From Catajapyx aquilonaris (Eukaryota): a DNA stretch of 64,000 nucleotides. Below the pieces are notes generated by a model. That model saw nothing but the letters and a program-made list of their open reading frames with translations. It was not told where the DNA came from and made no database searches. The first letter of the stretch is position 1, and every line of letters starts with the position of its first letter. Positions 63,731 to 64,000 of the stretch are shown piece by piece. A program made the translations under genes and the position numbers. The stretch is taken from the NCBI GenBank assembly GCA_000934665.2, contig JYFJ02001795.1:1-64000 (forward strand), written 5' to 3'.

Positions 63731-64000
63731 TTTTCAACCGTAGCATTTCACGTGACTATTTTCGACGCGGTGTTTAGCGTTAATCCGTTCCCATAGTTGC
63801 GATGAGGATTGGATTAGAAAGGCGATTAGTGAGGTGGTCCCCGGTGTGGGTAGCACAAAGGGAATATTTTCTGATCCGGCTTGAGTGTGTTTATCGCCGA
63901 CTGCACCATTCCCTTTACCTGATTCCGACCCAGAATATTTCAGCTCCCAGCTCTTGAAGCATATTCAACCCACAGTGATTTCCCACCGGATCGTTGCTCG

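Overview
Eukaryotic, almost certainly animal and probably arthropod, non-coding DNA. The arthropod call rests on TTAGG-type arrays and on SINE and Helentron families typical of arthropods. No credible multi-codon protein-coding ORF is present: the long ORFs in the track are read-throughs of tandem repeats or low-complexity DNA. The window looks like part of a very large intron or gene desert. Its most striking property is a regular mosaic of roughly 40 unique, more GC-rich islands (about 0.4-1.3 kb) alternating with repeat-derived spacers (about 0.3-1.5 kb), with a period near 1.5 kb by eye. The spacers are minisatellites, palindromic MITEs, SINEs, Helitron/Helentron elements, and ATCGAT-rich or AT-rich tracts. 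Many islands switch from C/T-rich on the left to G/A-rich on the right. On the + strand there is a well-formed candidate recursive splice site (AG|GTGAGT at 42823/42824, with a 34-nt cryptic exon) and a candidate 15-nt microexon (49518-49532). All coordinates and counts were made by eye and are approximate unless quoted to the base.
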